Below, in pieces: positions 1 through 9,612 of a stretch of DNA of 64,000 nucleotides; the first letter of the stretch is position 1, and the number at the start of each line of letters is the position of its first letter. The position numbers and the translations under genes are program-made. The notes beneath the pieces were generated by a model. That model searched no databases. It was not told where the DNA came from and saw only the letters and a list, made by a program, of their open reading frames with translations. The stretch comes from an uncultured Candidatus Saccharibacteria bacterium (GTDB taxonomy: Bacteria > Patescibacteriota > Minisyncoccia > Phycocordibacterales > Phycocordibacteraceae), in the NCBI GenBank assembly GCA_964349555.1, contig CAYGGK010000002.1, positions 9,258 through 73,257 of the forward strand. Direction: 5' to 3'.

Positions 1-645
1 CTTGCCTTGCCTTTATTCTTTATAACGGACAATACTGCTTCCCTTCTGTCTTTTATGTGAATGTCCGATACCTCTTTTTTGGTGTCCTTTATACGATCTC
101 TGCCGTCTTGAGACGGTCTGCCGGCGACGGCCGGATTTTTTTCCGGACGCTTTGGAGACGGTTCTCGAGGAGGTACTTTTTTAGCAATCTCAGAGAGCGT
201 TGGGGTGTCTTCTAGAAGAACCCGCGGTTCTTCGTATGCGGCGACTTCTTGAAGCAGTATATGCGCTTCACGAGCAATAAGCTCAACATTCATAGCCGAG
301 AGCAGGCCGCTCGTGCGCGCTATGGAGAGTACGCTGGACAAGGCGAGGAGTTCACGCGAGAGCGCGAGGCGCGCGGTGTTAACCGGCAATATTGCTGCGT
401 CAATAAGCCCTATTGATAAAGCGTCTATGCGGTGTCTTAAAGACGCTGATTCGGTAAGTCCTTGGGCGATAAGGTGGGCGGCTTTCGCGAGCCGTTCGGC
501 CTTTTTGTAAATAAACACTCTCCGTATGTCCTTTTCAAATATATTATTAAATATGCCTCTTTCTAGGACAAAATCTTCAAGACGGCTATCCCTCCCCCTA
601 TTCGCGGTTTGCTGAATTTCAACACCATGTCTCATATCTTGTCCT
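1..645 (-). CDS. hypothetical protein, 3' end truncated by window edge (start ATG = revcomp of 643-645; no stops in frame to position 1)
   Basis: Manual minus-strand translation MRHGVEIQQTANRGRDSRLEDF...; open to window start; not in ORF track because it has no stop in window; no family recognised. Confidence 0.3.
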
Positions 646-754
646 TTTTGCATACGTTATACGACAAGTATATGTCTTATACGCTACAGTGCAAGCCCTC
701 TATCAACGAGCTGTTTACTCTTTCTCCGCCACGCAGTGCTACAATACGCATATC

Positions 755-2992
755 ATGAGTCGTAAAAATGACAATGGTGCCAAGCGCTCTCGGACGCGAG
801 AGAAGACGGTCAGAGAGTACGGTACGCTTATTCGTTATGCCTCTACTATCGTGCTGTTGGCCGTCGGCGTGCTCCTTACGCTTGCCCTCTTCGGCGCGGC
901 CGGCCCGGTGGGTACGGCGGTCTTCGCCGCAAGTTATTCAATAGTTGGTATCGGCGCTTTTCTTCTCCCGGTGGCTTTAATTGTGGGGGGGCTTTATGCG
1001 GGATTCGGTCGCCCGACTCTCGCCCCTCTCACTACCTCGGGCGTTATCATCATTACCGCTTCAGTGCTTGCCTTCGCGGGACTCTTCCCCGACGCGGACT
1101 TCGGCGGGAAGACCGGGACCTTACTCGGTGAAGTGCTTGCCGGATTTTTTGGCTTCTGGGGAGCGTTGGTGCTTCTCATAGCGATTATCGCAGTCGGCAT
1201 CGTCATCCTGAGCGACATGGAGATGCTCTGGGCGCTTGTAAGTGAAAATGTTTCTTCTCTTTGGGAGCGGCTCCGCTCACGCAGTAAAGACGACGAAGAA
1301 CTCCCCGAGGAATTCACGGACGTCGTCGGCGTACCAGAGAACAACGACAGCCCTTACGCGCCTGAGGAGGTGCCAGAATCTTCTCAAACACAGGAGAGCG
1401 ATCCTGCGGTGACTGTTTTCTCCGCCAGAGGCGGACCCTCCTCTGGCGAAAATCGTTCCGGCATCGCGAACTTTGATGCCGAGTATGAGGCTCCTCCCCT
1501 CTCCATTCTCGGCGCGGACCGCGGACGCCCTGGTGTCGGGGACATAAAAGCGAATGCGAACATCATCAAACGCACCTTTCAGAACTTCGGCATTAATTTG
1601 GAGATGGACGAAGTCTCCGTCGGCCCGACCGTCACCCGATACGCGGTGAAGCCTGCTGAGGGCGTGCGCCTCTCAAAAATCGTTTCCCTCGCAAATAATC
1701 TTGAGCTCGCGCTCGCCGCGCATCCGGTGCGCATCGAGGCTCCTATCCCGGGGAAATCGCTCGTCGGCATTGAAGTGCCGAATACGGTGAAAGCGATGGT
1801 TGGTCTCGGCGGAATCCTGAGCGCCTCTGAGTGGTCTGACAGTACGAAACCTCTTCTCGCCGCGCTTGGGCGCGATATCACTGGCACACCGCACTACGTC
1901 AACGTCGCGAAGATGCCACACGCGCTCGTCGCGGGCGCAACCGGCTCCGGCAAAAGTGTCGCTATGCACGCGATTATCACTTCCCTGCTCTACCGAAACG
2001 GCCCCAACCAACTACGCTTTATCATGATTGATCCGAAGCGTGTGGAACTTACCGCGTATAACGGCATTCCGCACCTTCTCACCCCTGTCATCACCGACCC
2101 AAAGAAAGCTATCTATGCGCTTAAGTGGGCGGGTAAGGAGATGGAGCGCCGCTACAACATTCTAGAGACGGAGCGCGTACGCGATATTGATTCATACCAC
2201 TCAACTGTCTTTGAGAGAGCGAAGACAAAACAGGCGTCGGAGATGCCAGAGGCGCTTCCCTTCATCGTTATCGTTATAGACGAGCTCGCCGATATCATGC
2301 ACAGCTACCCGCGAGAACTTGAATCCTCTATTGTCCGCCTCGCACAGATGTCGCGTGCGACCGGTATCCACCTCATACTCTCCACTCAGCGTCCGTCGGT
2401 GAACGTCATCACCGGCCTTATCAAGGCAAACGTGCCGACACGCATGGCGCTCCAGGTCGCCTCCCAGATAGACTCGCGCACAATCCTCGACGGCTCCGGT
2501 GCCGAGACGCTACTCGGCGCCGGCGATATGCTCTATCTTTCAAGCGATATGCAGAAGCCTGTGCGTATTCAAACCGCCTTCATCAGCGAGAGCGAAGTAA
2601 AAAAGGTGGTGAGCTACATCCGTGCCCATAATGCGGGAGATCTTTCCAGCATAGACTTCGGCCTGTCCGGCCAGGGCGGTAATGGAGACTCGTCAGCTGA
2701 CGGCGGCGGTTTCGTAAACGGTGGCTTTGATGACGACGAAGAGATTGATGATGCGCTCTACGAGGACGCGCGTGCGGCGGTAGAAGCCGTCGGCCGCGCC
2801 TCAACCTCCTACCTCCAGCGCAAATTGAAAATCGGTTATTCGCGAGCGGCGCGGCTTATGGATGTGCTTGAAACAAAGGGCATTATCGGTCCCGCCGACG
2901 GATCAAAGCCGCGCGAGGTGCTTACCTCGCGAAATGCCGCAACCCAAAGCAGAACGACAGACATTGACGGAGATGAGGGTGATATTTCTTAA
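755..2992 (+). CDS. ftsK: DNA translocase FtsK/SpoIIIE (N-terminal TM helices, linker, C-terminal motor with Walker A GATGSGKS and gamma wHTH)
   Basis: ORF 689..2992; likely start at MSRKNDN (755); motifs VAGATGSGKSV, IVIDELADIM, SYLQRKLKIGYSRAARLMD (gamma domain). Confidence 0.9.
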   Translation: MSRKNDNGAKRSRTREKTVREYGTLIRYASTIVLLAVGVLLTLALFGAAGPVGTAVFAASYSIVGIGAFLLPVALIVGGLYAGFGRPTLAPLTTSGVIIITASVLAFAGLFPDADFGGKTGTLLGEVLAGFFGFWGALVLLIAIIAVGIVILSDMEMLWALVSENVSSLWERLRSRSKDDEELPEEFTDVVGVPENNDSPYAPEEVPESSQTQESDPAVTVFSARGGPSSGENRSGIANFDAEYEAPPLSILGADRGRPGVGDIKANANIIKRTFQNFGINLEMDEVSVGPTVTRYAVKPAEGVRLSKIVSLANNLELALAAHPVRIEAPIPGKSLVGIEVPNTVKAMVGLGGILSASEWSDSTKPLLAALGRDITGTPHYVNVAKMPHALVAGATGSGKSVAMHAIITSLLYRNGPNQLRFIMIDPKRVELTAYNGIPHLLTPVITDPKKAIYALKWAGKEMERRYNILETERVRDIDSYHSTVFERAKTKQASEMPEALPFIVIVIDELADIMHSYPRELESSIVRLAQMSRATGIHLILSTQRPSVNVITGLIKANVPTRMALQVASQIDSRTILDGSGAETLLGAGDMLYLSSDMQKPVRIQTAFISESEVKKVVSYIRAHNAGDLSSIDFGLSGQGGNGDSSADGGGFVNGGFDDDEEIDDALYEDARAAVEAVGRASTSYLQRKLKIGYSRAARLMDVLETKGIIGPADGSKPREVLTSRNAATQSRTTDIDGDEGDIS

Positions 2993-2998
2993 AGGGCG

Positions 2999-3352
2999 AT
3001 GACTCGGTATCTTATCGGCGCGGCGCTCTTTGTTCTTATTGGCTACGGCCTTATAGAAGCGTGGCCGCTTATCAAAGGCCCTTCTCTCTCTATTACCTCT
3101 CCAGCAGACAACGGTTCTTTCCCAGACGGGACGGTACGGATAGAGGGGAGGGTTAAGAGGGCCGCAACAATCACTCTAAACGGTGTTCCGCTTCTTCACG
3201 ACCAGAACGGAAACTTCTCGTCAACGCTTACATTCCCACGCGGAGGATCTATACTTACCCTTACGGTCACCGACCGCTTCGGTAGGACGGTGACCGAGAC
3301 CCGCTCCATCTTCGTCCCGTTTGAGAGCGACCAGCCGCACACTAATAACTAA
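2999..3352 (+). CDS. small secreted/membrane-anchored hypothetical protein (N-terminal TM helix)
   Basis: ORF; hydrophobic N-terminus [19 protein letters not shown]; no recognisable family. Confidence 0.35.
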   Translation: MTRYLIGAALFVLIGYGLIEAWPLIKGPSLSITSPADNGSFPDGTVRIEGRVKRAATITLNGVPLLHDQNGNFSSTLTFPRGGSILTLTVTDRFGRTVTETRSIFVPFESDQPHTNN

Positions 3353-3356
3353 CACC

Positions 3357-4421
3357 ATGGCTTTCGGAAAACCTAAAAAAGAAAAAGTATTGAAAACAAT
3401 TACGGTGGCGAGTGCCGATAAGAGCGAGAAGCAAAAATCCATTGACCAGGCGTTGAAAGAAATCCGCACGAAGTTTGGCGATGAAGCAATCACCACCTTT
3501 GGCGCGGGGGCTCCGCAGAAAATCCCTGTCGTGCCAACTGGTTCTATCGGGCTTGACGCGGCACTCGGAGTGGGCGGCCTCCCGCGCGGGCGCATCATTG
3601 AAGTATTCGGACCGGAGTCTTCCGGTAAAACGACGCTCGCGCTCCACGCGGTCGCTGAGGCGCAGAAAGCTGGCGGTATTGCGGCATTCGTGGACGCCGA
3701 GCACGCTCTTGACCCGGAGTATGCGCGGCGCATCGGCGTGAAGCTCTCTGAACTGCTCATATCCCAGCCGGACACGGGCGAACAGGCGCTTGATATTGTT
3801 GAATCGCTAGTGCGGAGCGGAAACGTGGACATCATCGTCATAGACAGCGTCGCCGCGCTGACGCCGAAAGACGAGATTGAGGGCGAGATGGGCCAACAGC
3901 ACGTCGGCAAACAAGCACGCCTTATGAGCCAGGCGCTACGCAAACTCACGGCTATCGTTGCGCGAAGCAAGACGATCGTTGTTTTCATTAACCAAATTCG
4001 CATGCAAATAGGAGTGATGTTTGGTAACCCTGAGACGACGCCGGGCGGAAAGGCGCTCAAGTTCTACACCTCTGTACGCCTCGATATCCGGCGCATCGCT
4101 TCTATCAAGAAGGGAGAAGAAGTCGTGGGAGGACGTGTGCGAGTGAAAGTTGTGAAGAATAAGGTCGCCGCGCCTTTTAAAACTACCGAATTTGATCTTC
4201 TGTATAACGAAGGCATCAGCAGAGAGGGCGAGCTTATCGCGCTCGGCGAGAAGTTCGGTATCGTAGCGAAGTCAGGCTCTACTTATAAAATGAGCCTGCC
4301 CGGCCAGGGCGAACAAAAACTCGCCGTCGGATATGACGCGACACGCACTTTCCTCCGCGACAACAAAGACATCGCGAAAGAGCTCCTAAAGCAAATTAAA
4401 TTAAAACTGTCCGAGAGTTAG
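3357..4421 (+). CDS. recA: recombinase RecA
   Basis: ATG at 3357 ([10 protein letters not shown]...), Walker [14 protein letters not shown]2/L1 loop regions, typical RecA length. Confidence 0.95.
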   Translation: MAFGKPKKEKVLKTITVASADKSEKQKSIDQALKEIRTKFGDEAITTFGAGAPQKIPVVPTGSIGLDAALGVGGLPRGRIIEVFGPESSGKTTLALHAVAEAQKAGGIAAFVDAEHALDPEYARRIGVKLSELLISQPDTGEQALDIVESLVRSGNVDIIVIDSVAALTPKDEIEGEMGQQHVGKQARLMSQALRKLTAIVARSKTIVVFINQIRMQIGVMFGNPETTPGGKALKFYTSVRLDIRRIASIKKGEEVVGGRVRVKVVKNKVAAPFKTTEFDLLYNEGISREGELIALGEKFGIVAKSGSTYKMSLPGQGEQKLAVGYDATRTFLRDNKDIAKELLKQIKLKLSES

Positions 4422-4756
4422 AGACGTGTGGGAGTGTAGAGGGAAGAAATCGCTCGGACGGATTCGCGAGCTAGATACACGAAAGACACGAAAGAAAGAA
4501 CCGCAAGCACCTGCACCACAAGGCGCGTATGGCCGAATGCGGCTATAAAGAAGTTCGGTAGGTGTGCGAGATTAGTCGGAGCATTTTGAAATACGCGCGC
4601 GACCCACACCTCCTTTCCTATGCCCCACAGAGCAAGGACCAGGGTTAACACTGCGAGCATCCCTGTTGAAATAACGAGTCCGAACAACCGAGCGAGATGA
4701 ATGCGGCGCATGACGGCGCGCTCGATGTGAGATTGGTCATTCATGGTGCTGTTCAT
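4418..4756 (-). CDS. small membrane protein downstream of ECF sigma factor (possible anti-sigma factor)
   Basis: ORF immediately downstream of and co-oriented with the sigma-70/ECF gene; one or two predicted TM helices; assignment by position only. Confidence 0.3.
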   Translation of the reverse strand: MNSTMNDQSHIERAVMRRIHLARLFGLVISTGMLAVLTLVLALWGIGKEVWVARVFQNAPTNLAHLPNFFIAAFGHTRLVVQVLAVLSFVSFVYLARESVRAISSLYTPTRL

Positions 4757-4768
4757 AGTTCGACATAC

Positions 4769-5355
4769 TCACGACAAGTCATTCTGCTTATCATAGGCTT
4801 GTTTAAAAAGTTTCTTTGCGCGATGGACGCGCGTCTTTACGGCCGGGACTGAGAGCTTCTCTGCCTCCGCGATCTCTTCTTGACTCTTCCCTTCAATGAA
4901 CTGTAACCGTAGTATCTTCGCCGCGGTTTCAGGTAATTTCGCGAGTGCGGCGAGCACCTCATTCCGTATGGAGAGGTCTTCAATAAACTCTGCCCGCGCG
5001 TCCGGCAGTGACTCGTAGTGCTCCGGCTCAAGCTCTGCTCGCTGTCCACTCTCCTTACGTCGAGTAACATACGCAGTGTACGCGACACGATTCAGAATCG
5101 TGTACGCCCACGAAGAAAAACTTGCACCTTCCTGTACGTGAAATTTGTCCGCGTAGAGATACATTTTAGTGAATGCGTCCTGAACTGCCTCCTCGGCGTC
5201 CTCCGGAGAAAATAAAATCTTTCTCGCCCTGCGAAGCAGGGCCGCTTCATAGCGGCGAACAAGCAGGGCGAAGAGCTCGGGCTCCACACGGGAGCGTGCG
5301 AGCACCTCGGCGTCGGAGAGCGCTTCAGGGTCGTCCGCGGTTGAAAAACTCATTG
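4769..5355 (-). CDS. RNA polymerase sigma-70 family ECF sigma factor
   Basis: Region 2 (AEEAVQDAFTKMYLYADKF...) and region 4 HTH (SQEEIAEAEKLSVPAVKTRVHRAKKLFKQ); ORF track extends to 5458, but the extension is encoded by tandem hairpins, so start at MSFSTADD (5355) preferred. Confidence 0.75.
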
Positions 5356-5409
5356 TATCTGCTAGCATACAGATATTCTCGAAAATGTGTAGGTTTGTGG
5401 GGCACTTTT

Positions 5410-5450
5410 CCCCGACGCTTCGGTCGGGGTCCCGACTTCCTACGTCGGGA
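5410..5450. repeat. tandem pair of related GC-rich hairpins (CCCCGAC-GCTTCG-GTCGGGG / TCCCGAC-TTCCTAC-GTCGGGA) in the divergent sigma-factor/efp intergenic region
   Basis: Seen directly in sequence; REP-doublet-like arrangement. Confidence 0.5.
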
Positions 5451-5556
5451 TATAACATTTATATGGCTGGACTAAGTTACTACCAAGTGAGAGAGCAACA
5501 AGCCTCTGTCTGCAGATGCTTGTTCGAACGAACGCAGGGAGAAAGACAAAACTAGT

Positions 5557-6132
5557 ATGGCTGTTTTGTCTTACAACGAAATCCTCAAGGGTAGCGTCAT
5601 AGATCACAACAACGAACCGTATGAGGTTCTCTCTTCGCACATCTTCCGCATGCAGATGCGTAAGCCGGTGAACCAAACGAAGCTTCGCCATCTCGTCTCT
5701 GGAAAAGTCATTGAAATCTCATTCCATCAAAATGAAACGGTGACTGAAGCGGATATAGACAAAATGCAGGCAACTTATCTCTATACCAACAGAGGCGAGA
5801 GCTGGTTTGCACAAGTCGGCAACGCGAAAAATCGTTTTTCATTCCCTGACAACGTGGTGCACGATAAGGTGCAATGGCTCGCCCCAAACAGTATCGTTGA
5901 AGTGCTTACCTACGAAGAGAAGCCGATGATGATAAAAATACCGGTCAAGGTTGAACTTGAAGTTAAAGACGCCCCGCCGTCAGTGAAAGGAAATACGGTC
6001 TCGGGCGGCACGAAGCTTGTCCTACTCTCCACCGGCGCCAAAGTGGACGTGCCTCTTTTCATAAATGTCGGTGATATCGTCCGCATCAACACCGACACTG
6101 GCCTCTACGCCGAACGCGTGACGAAGTCCTAA
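5557..6132 (+). CDS. efp: elongation factor P
   Basis: MAVLSYNEILKGSVIDHNNEPYEVL... KOW-like N domain and two OB domains; length 191 aa. Confidence 0.9.
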   Translation: MAVLSYNEILKGSVIDHNNEPYEVLSSHIFRMQMRKPVNQTKLRHLVSGKVIEISFHQNETVTEADIDKMQATYLYTNRGESWFAQVGNAKNRFSFPDNVVHDKVQWLAPNSIVEVLTYEEKPMMIKIPVKVELEVKDAPPSVKGNTVSGGTKLVLLSTGAKVDVPLFINVGDIVRINTDTGLYAERVTKS

Positions 6133-6335
6133 GCAGAGACGTAGGGGAGGAGCGCCATAAAGCGAGCGCGCTTAATGGCCTGTGCGATATCGCGCTGTTT
6201 CCCCGCCGGGATGCCAGTGCGCTTTTTTGAGAGCATTTTCGCATGCGGATTGGTAAACAGCTTCAAGTACGCGACATCTTTATAGTCAATACATTTCTTG
6301 ATTTCTATTTCTTCTCTCTCGGCTTGGTATGCCAT
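6129..6335 (-). CDS. rpsR: 30S ribosomal protein S18
   Basis: C-terminal 68 aa of ORF 6129..6575: MAYQAEREEIEIKKCIDYKDVAYLKLFTNPHAKMLSKKRTGIPAGKQRDIAQAIKRARFMALLPY; the ORF track's upstream extension overlaps ssb in another frame and is rejected. Confidence 0.85.
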   Translation of the reverse strand: MAYQAEREEIEIKKCIDYKDVAYLKLFTNPHAKMLSKKRTGIPAGKQRDIAQAIKRARFMALLPYVSA

Positions 6336-6345
6336 ATATAAATAG

Positions 6346-6798
6346 TTAGAATGGGATGTCCTCGGGATTAATCTCCTCGTCTGGATACTTAATCGACTCG
6401 TCATCCCTTCCGCCGGAGGCGGACCCGCCTTCGGCGGGCGGTTCCCCAACTCCTTGTCCGCCCCTCCCGCCATCGGCACCGAATTGGAAATTGTCCACGA
6501 CAATCTCGGTACGGTAATTTTTCTTTCCGCTCTCCTTATCGTCCCACGAGCGCGTCTGGATGCGCCCTTCAACAAAGATCCCGCGACCTTTTTTCATATA
6601 CTGCGCGATAACCTCGGCTGTCTTGCCGAATGCAACAATATTGTGGAACTCGGTCGCCTCTTGTTTTGCACCACTCTTATCCTTATAGGTACGGTTTGTC
6701 GCGATGCCGAAATTCGCGACACTGCCGCCAGACGGGAGCGCCTTCAGCTCCGGATCGCGGGTAAGGTTGCCATAGAGTAATACTTTGTTGAGGTACAT
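6346..6798 (-). CDS. ssb: single-stranded DNA-binding protein with Gly-rich acidic tail (tail carries an inserted palindromic element)
   Basis: MYLNKVLLYGNLTRDPELKALPSGGSVANFGIATNRTYKDKSG... OB fold; C-terminal DEEINPEDIPF tip; rpsF-ssb-rpsR synteny. Confidence 0.9.
   Translation of the reverse strand: MYLNKVLLYGNLTRDPELKALPSGGSVANFGIATNRTYKDKSGAKQEATEFHNIVAFGKTAEVIAQYMKKGRGIFVEGRIQTRSWDDKESGKKNYRTEIVVDNFQFGADGGRGGQGVGEPPAEGGSASGGRDDESIKYPDEEINPEDIPF
6410..6437. repeat. family-1 palindromic element inserted in-frame in the ssb tail (encodes PAEGGSASGGRD)
   Basis: CCGCCGGAGGCGG-AC-CCGCCTTCGGCGG; one arm mismatch. Confidence 0.85.
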
Positions 6799-6806
6799 AG
6801 TGGGTA

Positions 6807-7298
6807 TTATAGAGCTACTTTTTCAAGCACGGCGTCTAGTTCTGCACTCGCGGTCACTTCGGGGTCCTCAAGACGTTTCGGCGTCTTGAGGAAAATTTCG
6901 CGCATCTCGACCGCGTGACGGGCGGCATCCTTCGTCGTGAGAAGGTCTATAAAACGAATAATACGCGTATCCTCTGAGGCCTGTGTCAGTATTTTTGCGT
7001 GGCTAGAGGTGGGCGCTTCGTACACAATCCAGCAAAAATATGCGGAATCAAAGTCGCGGCGACCAGAGGCCTCCTGGCGCGAGATAGTGTAGGCGAGCTG
7101 GATCTTTTGAGGCTCACCCTCCCCAACAATCGTGCCACTGTTTTCAATAAAATCGCGCATTGTCTGATACGCCTTCTTCACCTCCTCTGTCGGGAGTTCT
7201 GGGTCAAGGTGGAAGCCGAGCTCATAGACGCGCGGCCCCGACGAGCCGTCGTCGTCAAGAGTCTCGTCAACGCCCTCTTCTATATCTACCTTCGCCAT
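6807..7298 (-). CDS. rpsF: 30S ribosomal protein S6 (with N- and C-terminal extensions)
   Basis: YELGFHLDPELPTEEVKKAYQTMRDFIENSGTIVGEGEPQKIQLAYTI resembles the S6 core; conserved position upstream of ssb-rpsR. Confidence 0.65.
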   Translation of the reverse strand: MAKVDIEEGVDETLDDDGSSGPRVYELGFHLDPELPTEEVKKAYQTMRDFIENSGTIVGEGEPQKIQLAYTISRQEASGRRDFDSAYFCWIVYEAPTSSHAKILTQASEDTRIIRFIDLLTTKDAARHAVEMREIFLKTPKRLEDPEVTASAELDAVLEKVAL

Positions 7299-7349
7299 AG
7301 TGGCAGAATCCTATCACAGTAGCGCCGGCAGAGCAAACCCTTCAATAGT

Positions 7350-8168
7350 TCAGGGTAACCCATTCGACAAGCTCAGGGTAAATAGGCGCTCCGCGTTCTT
7401 ACAGAGAGTGGCGCGGACGGTTTCGAGGTCGTCGCCTCTTATTTCTGCGATTTTTGCGACGACTTCTACGACGGCGAGAGGGTCGTTCCGAGACCCGCGG
7501 CGACTCGCGGGCGCAACATAGGGTGCATCGGTTTCAGAGAGAATACTCTCGAGCGGTAGAGCCCTTATGACGTCGTCATAGTCGCGCGCGAAGGTGATCA
7601 CTGCGGTAAATGAAAGAGTGAAGTCAAGCGCGATAAGCGCCTGCGCTTCTTCTAGGCCGCCAACAAAGAAGTGTATATCGCCGCGCAACTTGGGAAACTT
7701 GATTTTCGCTTCTTTCAAAATCTCTATCAAATCATGGTATGCATCTTGAGTACCTTTACTCGGGCGAGAATGAATAATGAGCGGTTTATCAAACTCAGCG
7801 GCAAGAATAACTTGGTCATTGAGTATCGCCTCTTGCTTTTGTTTTACCTCGTCATTTATCTGAGCCGGGCGGTAGTAATCGAGCCCGCATTCCCCTATCG
7901 CGACAACCTTCGGGCTCTTTGCTAGTTCTCGGTATTTATCTACTTCATACCACTCATTACTCTCTCTATTGGGATGGAGCCCGACAGAAGCGAAGAGGTG
8001 CTCGTGTTTTTCAGCGAGCGCCACCGCTTTTCTTGAAGACTCCAGGTCAACGCCGACGACAATGCCTGCAACACTCTCTCTACTCATCCGCTCTATGAGC
8101 TCTGCATCATCGGTTTCGTATTGTTCAAACTGTATGTGGCAGTGCGCGTCCACATATTTTATGTTCAT
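7350..8168 (-). CDS. tatD: TatD-family metal-dependent DNase/hydrolase
   Basis: MNIKYVDAHCHIQFEQYE... HxH motif, TIM-barrel amidohydrolase signature; start ATG overlaps metG stop (ATGA). Confidence 0.85.
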   Translation of the reverse strand: MNIKYVDAHCHIQFEQYETDDAELIERMSRESVAGIVVGVDLESSRKAVALAEKHEHLFASVGLHPNRESNEWYEVDKYRELAKSPKVVAIGECGLDYYRPAQINDEVKQKQEAILNDQVILAAEFDKPLIIHSRPSKGTQDAYHDLIEILKEAKIKFPKLRGDIHFFVGGLEEAQALIALDFTLSFTAVITFARDYDDVIRALPLESILSETDAPYVAPASRRGSRNDPLAVVEVVAKIAEIRGDDLETVRATLCKNAERLFTLSLSNGLP

Positions 8169-9610
8169 AATCCTGCCTGCGCAGGCAGGCGCGGGAATAG
8201 GTTGTCCGGCTTTTTGTTTTCAAATACCGCCCTTTTTACCGCCTCGCACGTCGCCGGCATAAATGGGCTGAGGAGTATGGCTATCTGATAGAGCTCGGTA
8301 GCGAGCTCTCTGATGATAATACGTCCTTTTTCTACGTCCTCTTTTACAAGCTTGAAAGGTTCTTCGTGTGTAATGCGTTCATCGAGTCTTTGTATACGAC
8401 TCCAAACAAGATCCATCGCACGATTGAATTCAAACGCATCTATCATGTCCAAGTATTCTCGCGGAAACACGGGCTCTCCCGAGAGGATAACGGGATCTTC
8501 AAGATGAGTTTCGGCGAGCTTCATCACGCGCGCGACAAGGTTACCGAGGCCGTTCGTCAGATTTGCCGTGTACCACTCATCAAGGCGTTCCCAAGTGACG
8601 TCCGAGTCTTCCACCGGGTGGACGTGGCGCAGGAGTATATACCGTGTCGCGTCAGTGCCATATTTCTTCACGAGTTCGTAGGGACTGATAACATTGCCCA
8701 AAGACTTGCTCATCTTCTGCCCGCCACTCGTTATGAATCCGTGGTAAAAGACCGTGTCGGTTGTCTTACTGTCTGCCGACATCAGCATCGCTTGCCACAT
8801 AAGCGACTGAAATCGTACTTGGTCCTTTCCTGCTACCTGAAGCGTTGTTCCCTCTTCCCAAAACTTCTTGAAATCTCCTTGCTCGTCTTCGGGCCAACCG
8901 AGCGTGGAAATATAATTAGTGAGCGCATCAAACCAGACATACATCACCTGCGAATCATCATTCGGGACCGGAATGCCCCATGAGAGCCGTTTTTTCTCGC
9001 GCGAGATGCTGAAATCTTCAAGCCCACCTTTCACAAAGGCAATCGCCTCTTCTTTCCGCCATTCGGGGATGATGACACCGGGACGAGACAGGTATTCGAG
9101 CAGGCGATCATCATATTTCGAGAAGCGGAAGAAATAATTCTCTTCGGTTATCTCCTGAAGTTTCAGATTGGTGTGGGTGGTGCAATGATCGTCCGCTATT
9201 TCTTTCTCGGTTTTGAACGATTCGCATCCTACACAGTACACACCCGTATAGGCTTTCTTGTAGATGTCGCCCGCGATGTCGCACCGCCGCCACATTTCGG
9301 CCGCTGCCGCGTAGTGGCGCCGTTCTGTGGTGCGAATGAAAACATCGTTTGAGAGGTCAAGTGCGGTGCCGAGCTTTCGGAATTCGTCCGCATAGTGATC
9401 GACGTATGCATGCACGTCCTGTCCCGCTTTCTCTGCGGCTTCGTATATTTTCTGGCCGTGCTCGTCGGTACCAATCGAGAAAAAGACATCATTGCCCGCA
9501 AGCCGCCACGCGCGCGCGAGTGCATCTGCCTGAACGAATTCAAGCGCGTGCCCAAGGTGCGGATCCGCGTTCACATACGGGAGCGTCGTGGTGACGTAGC
9601 GCACACTCAT
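8165..9610 (-). CDS. metG: methionyl-tRNA synthetase (class I, no C-terminal tRNA-binding domain)
   Basis: PYVNADPHLGHALEFVQAD (HIGH region), KMSKSLGN, zinc knuckle CVGCESF. Confidence 0.9.
   Translation of the reverse strand: MSVRYVTTTLPYVNADPHLGHALEFVQADALARAWRLAGNDVFFSIGTDEHGQKIYEAAEKAGQDVHAYVDHYADEFRKLGTALDLSNDVFIRTTERRHYAAAAEMWRRCDIAGDIYKKAYTGVYCVGCESFKTEKEIADDHCTTHTNLKLQEITEENYFFRFSKYDDRLLEYLSRPGVIIPEWRKEEAIAFVKGGLEDFSISREKKRLSWGIPVPNDDSQVMYVWFDALTNYISTLGWPEDEQGDFKKFWEEGTTLQVAGKDQVRFQSLMWQAMLMSADSKTTDTVFYHGFITSGGQKMSKSLGNVISPYELVKKYGTDATRYILLRHVHPVEDSDVTWERLDEWYTANLTNGLGNLVARVMKLAETHLEDPVILSGEPVFPREYLDMIDAFEFNRAMDLVWSRIQRLDERITHEEPFKLVKEDVEKGRIIIRELATELYQIAILLSPFMPATCEAVKRAVFENKKPDNLFPRLPAQAGL
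8172..8189. repeat. 18-bp perfect palindrome CCTGCCTGCGCAGGCAGG (family 2) forming the last codons of metG (..LPAQAGL*) next to the tatD start
   Basis: Seen in sequence; identical copy at 62987..63004 in holA. Confidence 0.8.
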
Positions 9611-9612
9611 AC

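Noticed and set aside
3221-4060. 279-aa ORF antisense to recA; similar long antisense ORFs at 21291..21935 (antisense to thyA), 27262..28344 (antisense to thrC), 46155..46700, 994..1344 and 12317..12595
   Set aside because: High-GC antisense frames of well-supported genes; Pro/Arg/Ser-rich low-complexity translations; no independent signals.
6129-6575. ORF-track 148-aa model extending rpsR upstream through the ssb 3' region
   Set aside because: Only the last 68 aa match S18. The extension overlaps ssb in another frame and translates the palindromic insert. Start moved to the Met at 6335.
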